Assembly (NCBI GenBank): GCA_035530855.1
Contig: DATKUA010000137.1
Location: 25,893-89,892 of the forward strand
Direction of reading: 5' to 3'
DNA length: 64,000 nt
From: Acidobacteriota bacterium
Lineage (GTDB): Bacteria > Acidobacteriota > DATKUA01
The notes under the pieces were generated by a model, which was not told where the DNA came from, ran no database searches, and saw only the letters and a program-made list of their open reading frames with translations. Positions 38,419-49,255 of this stretch are shown here, one piece after another (the stretch's first letter is position 1; the number at the start of each line of letters is the position of its first letter). Both the position numbers and the translations under genes were made by a program.

Positions 38419-39384
38419 TCAAACGGTTCCGAACTGGCGCCAGGCCAGTCCGGCTGCCCCGAGGAGGCCGGCGTCGTTGCCGAGGACGCTCGGCCGCACG
38501 TCGCATGCCTCCAGCGCACCCTGAATGGCGCGGTCCTCCACTCCCTTCATTATCAACGGCATTATCAGCTCAGCCGCCGCGATCAGCCCACCGCCGAGCA
38601 CTATCTGGTCGGGATTGAGAGCGTTGACGAGATTCCCGACCACCTGCCCGAGCAGGTAGCTCGATTCGGTCACGATCTCCAGGGCCGTCTCGTCACCCGC
38701 CTCCGCCGCGTCGGTCACATTCTTGCCGAAGATGCGCGCGTCGCCGATTTCGGCCAGGACCGTCGGCTTGCCCTCCCCAATCGCCTCGCGTGCCTTACGG
38801 GCGAACGCCGTGTCGCTGAACTCCGCTTCTATGCAGCCGCGCTTGCCGCAGTTGCACAGCGGACCGCGGGGTGTAATCACCGTGTGTCCGATCTCGCCGC
38901 CGTAGCCGATGACGCCACGCCAGACGTCTCCCCGCCAGACGATGCCTCCGCCGATGCCGGAGCCGAGTGTGAGCAGGATCAGCAGCTCGGCACCGCTCCC
39001 CCCGCCGGCCCAGTACTCTCCCCAGGCGGCTGCGTTGGCGTCGTTGTCGATTACAACCGGCAGGGGTAGTAACCTGTTCAGGTCGTCGAATATCGGCGCG
39101 CCGTTGATCACCTGCAAATTGGGGCTCTGCTCGATCGTGCCCCGCACTCGGTGGATGAAGCCGGGCATGCCGACACCCATTCCTAAAATCTCAGCGCCGT
39201 TCGCACGCTTTATCATCTCTTCAGCAAGCCCACTTAAGGCGCCGTAGAATAAATCGCGAGTCTGCTTGCACACAGGGCGGCGCTCACGTTCGACGATTAC
39301 TCCCTCTCTCGTCACCAGTCCGGCTTTGAAAAAAGAGCCGCCGACGTCCACGCCAAGCGCCAGTTTTGTCTCTTCTCTAATCAT
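38419..39384 (-). CDS. ROK-family glucokinase
   Basis: N-terminal GVDVGGS, the ROK zinc motif CNCGKRGCIEA and an EIGH motif. Confidence 0.8.
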   Translation of the reverse strand: MIREETKLALGVDVGGSFFKAGLVTREGVIVERERRPVCKQTRDLFYGALSGLAEEMIKRANGAEILGMGVGMPGFIHRVRGTIEQSPNLQVINGAPIFDDLNRLLPLPVVIDNDANAAAWGEYWAGGGSGAELLILLTLGSGIGGGIVWRGDVWRGVIGYGGEIGHTVITPRGPLCNCGKRGCIEAEFSDTAFARKAREAIGEGKPTVLAEIGDARIFGKNVTDAAEAGDETALEIVTESSYLLGQVVGNLVNALNPDQIVLGGGLIAAAELIMPLIMKGVEDRAIQGALEACDVRPSVLGNDAGLLGAAGLAWRQFGTV

Positions 39385-39551
39385 CCGAATCCCTGCCCCA
39401 AATCAATTCTATATCCAGTCGTTCGGTATCCGCACGAACGCTTAAGCTCAGATTGCCCCGTCCGGCATTTGGAACGGAACCCGAGCACCACATGCATTAT
39501 AGAGCGATTCTCGACTTCGGTTCGCTTCATTGTCAAGGCGGCAAGTGGAAC

Positions 39552-40622
39552 TCAGCCGCTGCGTGGATGGCGTCTGGCGCCGGGTGCCTCGGCGAGCCTG
39601 AGGTTGGGTACCGGGTTGAGGTCGAGCGGGGAGGGAGCGTCAAGGCGCAGGCGGTGCCAGGCGAGGGCGGCGATCATGCCTGCGTTGTCGGAGGTGTAGA
39701 CCAAATCGGGGAAGAAGACAGGCACGCCGCGTCGCTCGGCCAGGGCCTCCATCGCCGCGCGCAGTCCGGAGTTGTTGGAGACACCTCCGCTGATGCCGAC
39801 CGCGTGCACACCACCCTCGTCGATCGACGATTCTATCCGGCGGACTATCTCCGAGATCACCGCCGCCTGGAACGATGCCACGAGATCGAGCAGAGGCCTG
39901 TCCTCTTCCAGGGGTAGCTTTCTCTCGAGCAGCTCGGGCCGCTTACGCGTCAGGTGGAGCACGGCGGTCTTGAGGCCGCTGAAACTGAAGTCGAGCGAGC
40001 CGTCGCTCATCTTCACGGGCGAGAAAGGCACCGCATTCGGATCGCCGAGCTTCGCCATGTGGTCCATCACCGGCCCGCCCGGATAGCCGATATTCAGCAG
40101 CTTGGCCACCTTGTCGTAGGCCTCGCCGGCGGCGTCGTCGCGCGTGCGGGCGATCAGCTCGTACTCGAACCGCTTCTCCTGGCGGAAAAGGCTGGTGTGG
40201 CCGCCGGAGACGACGAGCGAGAGCGCCGGATAGGGGATCTCGCCGTGGGTGAGAGTGACCGAATGAATGTGAGCCTCGATGTGGTCGATGCCGACGAAAG
40301 GGACTCCCCGGGCCAGCGCGATCGCCTTGGCCGCCGAGACTCCGACCAGCAGCGCACCGATCAGGCCGGGGCCGTAGGTGGCTCCAACGGCATCAATATC
40401 GCCGATCTCGATACCAGCCCGCCTCAGCGCCAGCTCAATGATCAGGTCGATCTGCTCCGCGTGGTGGCGGCTGGCCAACTCCGGGACGACGCCGCCCCAC
40501 TCGCGATGCACATCGATTTGCGAATGCACGACGTTGCTGAGCACGTCGGAGCCACCGCGCACTACGGCCGCGGCTGTCTCGTCGCAGCTGGTTTCGATTC
40601 CGAGTATCAGGTCGGCAGTCAT
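39552..40622 (-). CDS. tsaD: tRNA N6-adenosine threonylcarbamoyltransferase TsaD
   Basis: LGIETSCDETAAAV at the N-terminus, plus the HIEAHI and GGVSNN motifs of the Kae1/TsaD family. Confidence 0.9.
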   Translation of the reverse strand: MTADLILGIETSCDETAAAVVRGGSDVLSNVVHSQIDVHREWGGVVPELASRHHAEQIDLIIELALRRAGIEIGDIDAVGATYGPGLIGALLVGVSAAKAIALARGVPFVGIDHIEAHIHSVTLTHGEIPYPALSLVVSGGHTSLFRQEKRFEYELIARTRDDAAGEAYDKVAKLLNIGYPGGPVMDHMAKLGDPNAVPFSPVKMSDGSLDFSFSGLKTAVLHLTRKRPELLERKLPLEEDRPLLDLVASFQAAVISEIVRRIESSIDEGGVHAVGISGGVSNNSGLRAAMEALAERRGVPVFFPDLVYTSDNAGMIAALAWHRLRLDAPSPLDLNPVPNLRLAEAPGARRHPRSG

Positions 40623-40694
40623 AATCTCCTCGAGCGGGAGTTTACATTCGCTGAGCCAACCTTTCCAGCACCAAGGCTTATGGCCTTGACAAAC

Positions 40695-40708
40695 ATACTA
40701 TATAGTAT
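40695..40708. repeat. Perfect 14-bp AT palindrome ATACTATATAGTAT in the tsaD / DUF4440 divergent promoter region
   Basis: Seen in sequence, adjacent to a TTGACA hexamer at 40687. Confidence 0.35.
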
Positions 40709-40817
40709 TATCTTACATGGTATCAACGTGAAGTCAACAGCACCGACAATTTTCGGGAGGCTTAGGGCTTCATGTGAATTTACTCAAAACAAACAATAGG
40801 GCACGAAAGGAGCGAAC

Positions 40818-41291
40818 ATGAGAATTTTATCGCTGGCCCTGACGGGTGTGGTTTTTCTGGCCTGCACAACGGCTTATGCGGCGGACCCCGCCGAGGATGT
40901 CGCCGGCCAAATACTAGCCCTCGAGCGCGCAGCCTTGGAACGCTGGAGCAACGGGGACCCGGAAGGATATCTCGAGACCATGGCGGAGGAGTTCACTTAC
41001 TTCGATCCCTCGCTCGAGAAGCGGATCGACGGACTGAAGGTGATCACGGAATTCCTTCGACCGCTGAAGGGGAAGATGTATATCGAGCGCTTCGTGATGG
41101 TCAACCCTACAGTGCAGGTTCACGGTGATGTTGCATTGCTTTCCTACAACCTGGTCGAGTTCGAAAAGCAACCTGACGGAACGGAGAAGGTCACTTCGCG
41201 CTGGAACTCGACAGAGGTCTACGCGAAGATCGATGCGGAGTGGAAACTCATTCATTCACACTGGTCGTTTACCAAGCCCGAGTTTAAATAG
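40818..41291 (+). CDS. Secreted SnoaL-like/DUF4440 (NTF2-fold) protein
   Basis: Signal peptide (LALTGVVFLACTTAYAADP), then an NTF2-like alpha+beta pattern ending in a W-rich strand (DAEWKLIHSHWSF). Confidence 0.55.
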   Translation: MRILSLALTGVVFLACTTAYAADPAEDVAGQILALERAALERWSNGDPEGYLETMAEEFTYFDPSLEKRIDGLKVITEFLRPLKGKMYIERFVMVNPTVQVHGDVALLSYNLVEFEKQPDGTEKVTSRWNSTEVYAKIDAEWKLIHSHWSFTKPEFK

Positions 41292-41311
41292 CCGAAATCC
41301 GGGGTAAACCG

Positions 41312-42343
41312 TCAGCCGTCGCGCTGCTTTAACAGGCTCTCCAGGTAGGGTGGTTCCGCGACGCCCTTATCGGTGATGATCGCGGTTACCAGACGCGCGG
41401 GCGTGACGTCGAATGCAGGGTAAGCGCTGGGTACTCCTTCCGGGGTGATCCTGATGCCGCCTATATAGGCGCTTTCATCGCCGGAGCGCTCTTCTATCGG
41501 AATCTTCGAACCGTCGGGGCAATTGAAATCGACGGTGCTCAACGGCGCGGCGACGTAGAATGGGATGCCGTGCTCCTTTGCCAACACGGCGACCGAAAAT
41601 GTACCGATCTTGTTGGCGACGTCGCCGTTGGCAGCGATGCGGTCAGAGCCGACAACGACTGCCTCGATCTTGCCCTGCTGCATGTAGTAGCCGGCCATGT
41701 TGTCGCAGATGTGGGTGACGCCGATGCCGTCCTTCATAAGTTCCCAGGTGGTCAGGCGCGCGCCCTGGTTGAAGGGTCTGGTCTCGTCGCTGTAAACATG
41801 TATCCTCTTGCCCAGCTCGATTGCACCGCGAATCACCCCGAGGGCCGTGCCGTATCCGGCGGTGGCCAGCGCTCCGGCATTGCAGTGGGTGAGGACGATC
41901 CCTTCGTCAGGCATCAACGGCCCGCCGAAGCGACCGATTGCCTTGCAGGATGCAATGTCCTCATCATGCATCCTCACCGCCTCTTCGATGAGGATTCCCT
42001 TCAATTCGGAAATTGATCTTTGGTTGTTCGCTTCGAACAGCTTCCGCATGCGATCGATCGCCCAGAACAGATTGACGGCTGTCGGGCGGGCCTTGGCCAT
42101 CCTCTCGCAGATTTTCTCGAACTCAGATGCCAAATCGGCACTCTCCGGAAGTTTCGCGACGCCGAGGGCTATCCCCATTCCCGCCGCCACGCCGATAGCC
42201 GGTGCGCCGCGAACCACGAGGTCTGTGATCGCTTGCGCAACGTCTTCGAACTTTTCGTAGCGGTTGTATTTCTCCTCGTGCGGCAGCAACCGCTGGTCGA
42301 GCATGACGACGGCGTCGCCGTCCCAGTATAGTGTGCGGAACAT
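41312..42343 (-). CDS. mtnA: S-methyl-5-thioribose-1-phosphate isomerase (eIF-2B alpha/beta/delta family)
   Basis: [21 protein letters not shown] at the N-terminus and the [17 protein letters not shown] motif. The GGAGGA SD lies 7 nt upstream. Confidence 0.8.
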   Translation of the reverse strand: MFRTLYWDGDAVVMLDQRLLPHEEKYNRYEKFEDVAQAITDLVVRGAPAIGVAAGMGIALGVAKLPESADLASEFEKICERMAKARPTAVNLFWAIDRMRKLFEANNQRSISELKGILIEEAVRMHDEDIASCKAIGRFGGPLMPDEGIVLTHCNAGALATAGYGTALGVIRGAIELGKRIHVYSDETRPFNQGARLTTWELMKDGIGVTHICDNMAGYYMQQGKIEAVVVGSDRIAANGDVANKIGTFSVAVLAKEHGIPFYVAAPLSTVDFNCPDGSKIPIEERSGDESAYIGGIRITPEGVPSAYPAFDVTPARLVTAIITDKGVAEPPYLESLLKQRDG

Positions 42344-42446
42344 GGTCCATTCCTCCGATCAGGCATTGCACCGAAATAGTAGACAGGAGGATGCAGATGT
42401 TCAAGAGGGGTTGTCAGGATGATGCGTGCGGTGAAAGCAGTATGAA

Positions 42447-42944
42447 TTAACCGATCGCCTCGACGCCCTCGGCAAGCGCTTTCATCAGCTTCTTCTCAAT
42501 CTCCAGCGATGAGGTCTTGCGGACTTCGGCGAACTCCATAGCAATTAGGTTTATCGCCCTTTCGTACATCCGTTTCTCGCGGAAGCTGAGCGTCTTTTCC
42601 AAGCTGACGAAATAGAGGCTCTTGAGCACGACCGCCATGTCATTCATCTTGCCGGTGCGCATCAGGTCGGAGTTTACCTTGAAGCGTTCCTTCCAGTCGT
42701 CGTATCTGGCGAGGTCGGAGCCGTGCAAGTAGGCGTAGACATCTTTGATCTGCTTCTTGTCGACCAGCTCTCGCAGGCCGACTGCGACGGCGTTGTTGGA
42801 GGGGACCTTGACCGTGCTGTTTGATGCCAGAATGAGGACGTTAAAGAAGCTGATCTTTTCGCCGACGACCTCGAACTCGTTCATGGCTTGGATCAAACCG
42901 ATACCATGATTGGGATAAACTACCTTGTCGCCGACCTGGAACAT
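42447..42944 (-). CDS. carD: CarD/CdnL-family RNA-polymerase-binding transcription factor
   Basis: MFQVGDKVVYPNHGIGLI (the CarD_CdnL_TRCF N-domain) in a 165-aa protein. Confidence 0.8.
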   Translation of the reverse strand: MFQVGDKVVYPNHGIGLIQAMNEFEVVGEKISFFNVLILASNSTVKVPSNNAVAVGLRELVDKKQIKDVYAYLHGSDLARYDDWKERFKVNSDLMRTGKMNDMAVVLKSLYFVSLEKTLSFREKRMYERAINLIAMEFAEVRKTSSLEIEKKLMKALAEGVEAIG

Positions 42945-43012
42945 AACACCTCCCTGCGCCCCCCATGTTATTGGAGGCCGTCGTCACCTGTCAATTGGAG
43001 TAACGTAATTGT

Positions 43013-44359
43013 TCAGCCGGCGAAGCTTTTTACCACTTGGGTGACGCTCTCCCGGATCTGCTTCAGCCTCGCCTCGCTATGAGCCTCGAAGCGCAGGATG
43101 ATGAAGGGGGTGGTGTTGGATGCGCGGGCGAGCGCCCAGCCATCGCCGAAGTTGACACGGGCGCCGTCGATGTCGATTACCTCATGCGTCTTGCGGAAGT
43201 ACTCGGTGATCTGCGCCACCGCCGCGAACTTCTTTTCCTCCGGACAGGGGTACTTTATCTCCGGAGTATTGTAGACCTGTGGCAGATCGGAGAGCATTTC
43301 GAGGAACGAGACGTCACCGGTGGAGGCGATCTCCATCAGCCGCGCGCCGGCGTAAGTGGCGTCGTCGAAGCCGAAAAAGCGATCGCTGAAGAAGATATGG
43401 CCGCTCATCTCGCCTGCTATCGGTGCGCCTGTCTCCTTCATCCTGGTCTTGATGAAGCTGTGGCCGGTGCGCCACATCACGGGCTCCCCGCCATGCTTGC
43501 GGATGTCGTCGACGAGATTTTGGCTGCACTTGACGTCGAATATTATTTTGGAGCCGGGCAAGCGCGATAGCACCTCACGGGAGAGCAAGACCATCAGCTG
43601 GTCGCCGAAGAGCAGTGTGCCGTCGCGGTCGACGATGCCGAGGCGGTCGCCATCGCCGTCGAAGCCGATGCCGAGGTCGTATCCGCCCTTTCTGATTTCG
43701 GTGATCAGGTCGACCATGTACTCCGGCACGGTGGGGTCGGGATGGTGATTGGGGAAGTTGCCGTCGGGCTCGGTATAAAATTCGGTGACCTCGCAACCGA
43801 GTTCCCTGTAAAGACGCGGGGCAACCAGGCCGGCGACTCCGTTGCCCGCATCGACGGCCACTTTGAGCGGGCGTTGCAGTTTGATGATTTCTTTTATCTT
43901 TTCGATGTAAGTCTCGAGCACGTCAGCCTGGCGCACGAATCCCTCGCCGTTTTCGAAGCGGCCCGCGACGATGATGTCGCGGATGCCGGTGATTTCCTCG
44001 TCGAACAGGGCCATCAGACCGCGGCAGAGCTTGAAGCCGTTGTATTCAGGGGGATTGTGGCTGCCGGTGATCATCACTCCGCCGTCGGTCTCTAAATAGT
44101 GGATCGCGAAGTAGAGCAAGGGGGTTGGAACCATGCCGACATCGACGACGTTGCAGCCGGTGGAGGTGAGGCCGCGGATCAGCGCGTCGCGGTAGTCCTC
44201 GGACGAGAGGCGCGCGTCGCGCCCGACCGCGATGGTTGTACGGCCTTCGCGCCGCATCAGACTGCCGAAGGCACGACCGATGTTGGTCACCACTTCTTCG
44301 TTGAGATCCTCGTCAACTATGCCGCGGATATCGTATTTACGGAAAATCGTGTCCTTCAT
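43013..44359 (-). CDS. Phosphomannomutase/phosphoglucomutase (alpha-D-phosphohexomutase family)
   Basis: Active-site TGSHNPPEYNGFK, metal-binding GFDGDGDRLGIVD and sugar-binding GEMSGH. The start is the ATG at 44359 (MKDTIFRKYDIRG). Confidence 0.85.
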   Translation of the reverse strand: MKDTIFRKYDIRGIVDEDLNEEVVTNIGRAFGSLMRREGRTTIAVGRDARLSSEDYRDALIRGLTSTGCNVVDVGMVPTPLLYFAIHYLETDGGVMITGSHNPPEYNGFKLCRGLMALFDEEITGIRDIIVAGRFENGEGFVRQADVLETYIEKIKEIIKLQRPLKVAVDAGNGVAGLVAPRLYRELGCEVTEFYTEPDGNFPNHHPDPTVPEYMVDLITEIRKGGYDLGIGFDGDGDRLGIVDRDGTLLFGDQLMVLLSREVLSRLPGSKIIFDVKCSQNLVDDIRKHGGEPVMWRTGHSFIKTRMKETGAPIAGEMSGHIFFSDRFFGFDDATYAGARLMEIASTGDVSFLEMLSDLPQVYNTPEIKYPCPEEKKFAAVAQITEYFRKTHEVIDIDGARVNFGDGWALARASNTTPFIILRFEAHSEARLKQIRESVTQVVKSFAG

Positions 44360-44497
44360 TGATCCTGATTCCTCCAAGGCTTATTAACAGCCAATCTGCT
44401 ACCGGATGCTATCACAAGGAGGTACCTGGCTGAAGCGCGAAGATGCCCGGCCAAATCTCATCTGTTACAATGCGGTTTTGTTCACTCGGGCGATACC

Positions 44498-45145
44498 ATG
44501 GGTAAGCTGAGGATCGCGGAAATATTTAAAAGCATCCAGGGTGAGGGCACCCGCGCAGGCCTGCCATGCGCCTTTGTCAGGCTTGCCGGCTGCAACCTGC
44601 GCTGCAGTTACTGTGATACCGATTACGCACAGGACGCCCAATCCGGCAGCGAAATGGGCGTAGACGAAGTGGCTGCGCAGGTGCGTGATTTCGGCTTGCC
44701 GCTTGTCCAGATAACCGGCGGCGAGCCTTTGCTGCAACCGGCGTGCGCCGAGCTGATTGACATTCTGCTGGAGGATGGGGCAACCGTCCTGCTGGAGACC
44801 AACGGCTCGCAGGACATTTCGGTAGTCGATCCCAGGGTGATCAAAATCATCGATCTTAAATGCCCTGCAAGCGGCGAAAGCGGCACAATCCGCCGGGAAA
44901 ACATCGAGCAACTGCACCTAAATGATGAGGTCAAATTCGTCGTCTCCAACCGCGGCGATTACGAATGGGCACGCGAAGTAATCCTGCGAGAAAGACTTGC
45001 AGAGAAGTGTACCATCCTGCTTAGTCCCGCCAGCGGCGAACTCGAGCCTCGCAAGCTTGCAGAGTGGATGCTGCGCGACCGCCTTGTGGCCAGGCTGCAG
45101 CTACAATTGCACAAGATCATCTGGGGGGACGAGCGCAGCCGATGA
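44498..45145 (+). CDS. queE: 7-carboxy-7-deazaguanine synthase (radical SAM)
   Basis: [29 protein letters not shown] (the QueE CxxxCxxC variant). Confidence 0.85.
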   Translation: MGKLRIAEIFKSIQGEGTRAGLPCAFVRLAGCNLRCSYCDTDYAQDAQSGSEMGVDEVAAQVRDFGLPLVQITGGEPLLQPACAELIDILLEDGATVLLETNGSQDISVVDPRVIKIIDLKCPASGESGTIRRENIEQLHLNDEVKFVVSNRGDYEWAREVILRERLAEKCTILLSPASGELEPRKLAEWMLRDRLVARLQLQLHKIIWGDERSR

Positions 45146-45828
45146 GCGAAATGAAGCGCAAGGCGGTTGTTCTGCTCAGCGGCGGCCTCGATTCGGCAAC
45201 CACAATGGCCGTGGCGAATTCGCGCGGTTTCAGCTGCTTCGCGCTTACGATCGATTACGGCCAACGCCACGGACTGGAGATCGAGGCCGCGCGGCGCTTG
45301 GCCAAGTCCTTAGAAGCGGAGCGCCATTTAGTCCTCAGCTACGATTTACGGCCGATCGGCGGCTCGGCGCTGACCGACGATATTGAGGTTCCCAAAGGCG
45401 GACTTTCCGAAGCCATCCCGGTGACTTACGTGCCCGCGCGCAACACGCTGCTACTGAGCCTCGCGCTCGCCTGGGCCGAGGTGTTGGGGGCCTATGACAT
45501 CTTCATCGGCGCAAACGCCGTCGATTACAGCGGCAATCCCGACTGCAGGCCCAAATTCATTGATGCCTTCACCCGCTTAGCCAACGTCGCCACCGCCGCG
45601 GCCGTCGAAGGGCGGGGGAGGTTTACCATCCACGCGCCCTTGATCAAGATGAAGAAATCTGAAATCATTCTTACAGGCTTGGGGCTCGGACTCGATTATA
45701 GTCTGACAGCCAGTTGTTACGATCCGGCAACAGACGGGCGGGCGTGCGGCAGATGCGATAGTTGCCGTCTAAGACTCAAAGGTTTCGAGGAAGCCGGAGT
45801 GAAAGATCCAATCTCCTATTCACGTTGA
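45142..45828 (+). CDS. queC: 7-cyano-7-deazaguanine synthase
   Basis: PP-loop SGGLDS and a C-terminal zinc motif CGRCDSC. Its ATGA overlaps the queE stop. Confidence 0.9.
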   Translation: MSEMKRKAVVLLSGGLDSATTMAVANSRGFSCFALTIDYGQRHGLEIEAARRLAKSLEAERHLVLSYDLRPIGGSALTDDIEVPKGGLSEAIPVTYVPARNTLLLSLALAWAEVLGAYDIFIGANAVDYSGNPDCRPKFIDAFTRLANVATAAAVEGRGRFTIHAPLIKMKKSEIILTGLGLGLDYSLTASCYDPATDGRACGRCDSCRLRLKGFEEAGVKDPISYSR

Positions 45829-45843
45829 CGGAGGGCGGAACGG

Positions 45844-46398
45844 ATGTGGAAACCGATCAGGAAAGATAACGTCAAGGTCACCTTCTTCTTGCTCGCGTTC
45901 GGTGGGCTGCTTGCGTTCTTCGTGATTATGTTGAGGCTGAGCGCCTTCTTCGATGTTCCGCAGGTGCAGCCCCTTTACAGCAAGAAGGCAAACATCGATG
46001 TGATCTCGTACATCACGCTGAAGCGCAGCGCGGCGCAGGTGAGACTCGATCCACCCTACCTGCCTGATTTCTCCGACGAATTCGACGACAAGCCGCAAGT
46101 GATCGTCAACTGGACGATCGAGACGCGCACCGGCGAGAGCTACACAGGCCAATCGATCGGCGTTCTGGCGCCGCCTTACAACACCTTCATTTTCTCGATC
46201 CAGGACGACCTGGAAGCCGAGCTGAGCAAGACTCACACGGAGCAGATCTTCATCAACGAGTATCGATACAGAATCCTGCTGGAGGTGACGAAGCTCCACG
46301 TAGAGCTGGTGCATCCCGAGACAGGAAATATCGAGGCAAGCTATACCCAGACCTACGATCCCGAGCTTCGGAATCCCGAAACGATGACCATTTATTAA
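45844..46398 (+). CDS. Hypothetical single-pass membrane protein downstream of queC
   Basis: A GGAGGG SD. The N-terminal TM is FFLLAFGGLLAFFVIML. No recognizable domain. Confidence 0.45.
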   Translation: MWKPIRKDNVKVTFFLLAFGGLLAFFVIMLRLSAFFDVPQVQPLYSKKANIDVISYITLKRSAAQVRLDPPYLPDFSDEFDDKPQVIVNWTIETRTGESYTGQSIGVLAPPYNTFIFSIQDDLEAELSKTHTEQIFINEYRYRILLEVTKLHVELVHPETGNIEASYTQTYDPELRNPETMTIY

Positions 46399-46489
46399 GG
46401 TTTCCGAGGTTTCGGTCGCCCATCAATACGTCATTAACCAGTGCATCGCTGGTCTGCGCGGGGGCTTCCAAAGATTTTCGCCGCCGAAC

Positions 46490-46924
46490 TCAGCTTTCAG
46501 TGTCCAGGAAGCGAGGGGATTTACCAGAGGGGCGATATCCGCGGGCGGCCCTGCGGGACGCGGCGGCTTGTTGGAGCGCGGCCATTGACTCATCGCGGCT
46601 TTTTTTAATTGCCTCCAGGTTTGCGGTCTCGATCTTTGCTATCTTCTCCAGCAGCGAAACCGCTTCCAGTCTCAGCTTCTCCGATTTCTCGTCCGCAAGC
46701 TCCACCGAACCTTCTGCGGCCCGGCTTGCCTGCAGCATGGGCAGGAGTCGCGCATAATTCGTCTGAACCGAGCTCATGAGTTCCTGCTTACGCGTAGTGT
46801 TGGCAGAAACAGCTTGGAAATCACCTGAGGGGATCAAGCGGGCAAGATCGCGCTCCAGCTCGAGCGCCTTGCGATAATCAGCTATCAGGTTTTCGAAGAG
46901 TTTGCGCAGTTGTTCGGAGGGCAT
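46490..46924 (-). CDS. Putative flagellar export chaperone (FliT/FlgN-like), by position only
   Basis: A 144-aa all-helical protein immediately downstream of fliS in the filament operon. The assignment is positional inference. Confidence 0.35.
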   Translation of the reverse strand: MPSEQLRKLFENLIADYRKALELERDLARLIPSGDFQAVSANTTRKQELMSSVQTNYARLLPMLQASRAAEGSVELADEKSEKLRLEAVSLLEKIAKIETANLEAIKKSRDESMAALQQAAASRRAARGYRPSGKSPRFLDTES

Positions 46925-46931
46925 GTCGGGA

Positions 46932-47417
46932 TCAGCCGACCAGTTCGATCGCCTGCCGGGAATCCCTCGAACCGTCCGGATTCGCTACCGCAGGAGTGGC
47001 AGTGGCGGGAATTTCGGGCTTTGCGGATTTCAGAGCCTCGGAGGCCTCCGCTCCCTCATCCGCTATTCGCCTCCAGGCTCTCATCAGTGTACGCAGGTGC
47101 TTCAGTACTTCGTTGATCGCCTGGGCATCGGCATTGATATTAGCTTCGAGCAGGCAGTTGATGATGTAGGTATAGACCCGGTCGAGGCTCTCCGCCACCT
47201 CACCGCCCTCGGACATATTGAGTGATCCCTGGAGTTCGGAAATAATAGCGATAACTTTATTGATCAGGATACCCTTCTCGCCCACCTGGTTTTCCGCGAC
47301 CCTTAGTTTGGCCTGCTCGAGGAAATTAATCGCTCCCTCGTAGAGCATCACGACAAGCTTGACAGAATCTGTCGTCTCCACCTGAACTTTCTGATAACTG
47401 CTGACCGTGTGATTCAT
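46932..47417 (-). CDS. fliS: Flagellar export chaperone FliS (with a ~35-aa C-terminal extension)
   Basis: YQKVQVETTDSVKLVVMLYEGAINFLEQA matches the FliS N-terminal consensus. It lies downstream of fliD. Confidence 0.8.
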   Translation of the reverse strand: MNHTVSSYQKVQVETTDSVKLVVMLYEGAINFLEQAKLRVAENQVGEKGILINKVIAIISELQGSLNMSEGGEVAESLDRVYTYIINCLLEANINADAQAINEVLKHLRTLMRAWRRIADEGAEASEALKSAKPEIPATATPAVANPDGSRDSRQAIELVG

Positions 47418-47457
47418 CTCTTTCCTCTCGCCCGTTTTCTTACTATCTCGTGCGGCG

Positions 47458-49101
47458 TCACAACAGGCTGCCGCCGCCGATATTGTTAAGTTGCTGCGAA
47501 AAGGAAGACGACTGGCTTTGCAGCGATGCTATCGCCTGCTCGGCCGCAATGAACTGTTGGGTAAGTTCGCGCTGTCGCTCCTCAAGGCGCTCCTCGAAAG
47601 CGGCAATATGGTCGGCGAAACTGGCGAGGTCGCCCTTGAGCCGACTCTCGACCTTAGGCAACAGGCCGCTGATCGGCATGAGGAAGTCGTCCAGCCTGCG
47701 CTCGAACTGCTCAGCGACACCCACGCTGAAGTAGACGGAGCCGAGGGCGCCGGTTACTCCGCTTGCGATCCTAATTCTGAGGCCCTCTGCCGGGGTGCCC
47801 TCGGGGCCGACGAGGCACTGGCCCTCGCCGATGCCGGTATAGACCTGACCATCGAGGGTGAATGTTCCCTCTGCATTGCCCGTGCCATCGTAGCCCGTGA
47901 TGTTGATTTCGTAGTTACCCGCTTGCGTAGCGTTCCTCGAGCTGACATAGGTAACGCGTTTGTCTGAAGGCACTCCGCGCGCCAGGAAAAGATCGAGGAA
48001 CAGCTGCTTGTCGTCGTTGGCGATCGCCTCGTTGAACTTCGATTCGTCCAGTGAAAGCGCACCGCTGTACTTATCGATCTCGATCCCGATGGTAGCCAAA
48101 GAATAGCGGTTGCCGTCAGCGTCCTCGATACCTCCTACAACCAGCGATTGCAGGGAACCCTGGATCTGGCGAAGAGTGAAGTCGCCTGATAGCGGACCGG
48201 CGCTCTCTGTCTCTTCGTTATAATCGAACTGCGACTGGATCAGCGAGTTGATGTCGTTGTAGGCGGAAATGAATTCGTTGACTTCGCTTTTAATGGTGTC
48301 GGTGTCGCGCGCGACCGTCACTGTTACCGGTGAGCCGGTTGTACCCTTGAGCTCCAAGGTGACGCCTTCGAGGACATCGCTGACGGTGTTGCTGCCGCGG
48401 CTGATCTCCACATCGTTGACCTTGAACAAGGCGTCGAGGCCGTCCACCGACTCCGCGGGCACGAAGCTGAGCGCCACGTCGCCGCCGGTTGTGGAGACTA
48501 CGATGTCTGTGCTGATGTTGGAGATGTCACTGTCGGCGCCGGTTTCCACCGAGCGGATAACCAGCTTGTAAGGGTCGTTGTCATCGCCGGTGTCGATTAT
48601 CGCCGCAGAGGCCAGGCCGGTTGCCTGGGTATTGATGGCGTCGCGCAGGCCTTCGAGCGTCGTCTCACCCGCACTAAGACTTATCGATACCGTCTCGGTG
48701 CCGACATCGAAGCTGAAGCTGGAACCGGAGACGAAATCGGCGGTCTTGTCGGTGACTCCGATCGAAGCCTCGCTGGCGGCACGCGCCAGGTTGGTTATCG
48801 AGTCGATTGTGAAGCTGCCCGCGGCGGCCGCCGAGCTTGCGCTGACGGTGAGAACATCAGTGTTAGAGGATGTCGCCGTCTTCGCGCCAAGCGTGGAGGC
48901 GCGGTTGAGCGATTGAATTGCTGAGTCAAGACTGGAAAGGCGGCTCTGCAGATTCTTGAAAATCGCAAGGCGGCGCTGTGTCTGGAGTTGCTCCTGCTGG
49001 ATGACGCGCAGCGGTTGCCGCTCGATCTCCATCAGCCGCTCGACGATGGTGGCGGTGTCGATTCCCGAAAAAATTCCTGAGAAAGTTACCGGTCCGGACA
49101 T
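47458..49101 (-). CDS. fliD: Flagellar filament cap protein FliD (HAP2)
   Basis: N-terminal FSGIFSGIDTATIVERLMEIERQP, with a central domain and a C-terminal coiled coil typical of FliD. Confidence 0.85.
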   Translation of the reverse strand: MSGPVTFSGIFSGIDTATIVERLMEIERQPLRVIQQEQLQTQRRLAIFKNLQSRLSSLDSAIQSLNRASTLGAKTATSSNTDVLTVSASSAAAAGSFTIDSITNLARAASEASIGVTDKTADFVSGSSFSFDVGTETVSISLSAGETTLEGLRDAINTQATGLASAAIIDTGDDNDPYKLVIRSVETGADSDISNISTDIVVSTTGGDVALSFVPAESVDGLDALFKVNDVEISRGSNTVSDVLEGVTLELKGTTGSPVTVTVARDTDTIKSEVNEFISAYNDINSLIQSQFDYNEETESAGPLSGDFTLRQIQGSLQSLVVGGIEDADGNRYSLATIGIEIDKYSGALSLDESKFNEAIANDDKQLFLDLFLARGVPSDKRVTYVSSRNATQAGNYEINITGYDGTGNAEGTFTLDGQVYTGIGEGQCLVGPEGTPAEGLRIRIASGVTGALGSVYFSVGVAEQFERRLDDFLMPISGLLPKVESRLKGDLASFADHIAAFEERLEERQRELTQQFIAAEQAIASLQSQSSSFSQQLNNIGGGSLL

Positions 49102-49228
49102 TGGAAGAGCCTCTCGCTAACGGCGATAACTGTTGAATATTTTAACATTATCCATCGCTTATTTCCACCTGCGATTTTCTACAATAGACAAAAGAATCGC
49201 CGGAAATGCCTTACCCCATCAATATAAG

Positions 49229-49255
49229 ATATCGGCAAATTCCGGCGAAACTTAA
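49229..49255 (-). promoter_or_regulatory. Sigma-28 (FliA) promoter for fliD-fliS: TTAAGTTT-N11-GCCGATAT
   Basis: Reverse strand of 49229..49255. It differs by one mismatch per half from the TAAAGTTT-N11-GCCGATAA consensus, and lies ~125 nt upstream of the fliD ATG. Confidence 0.55.
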
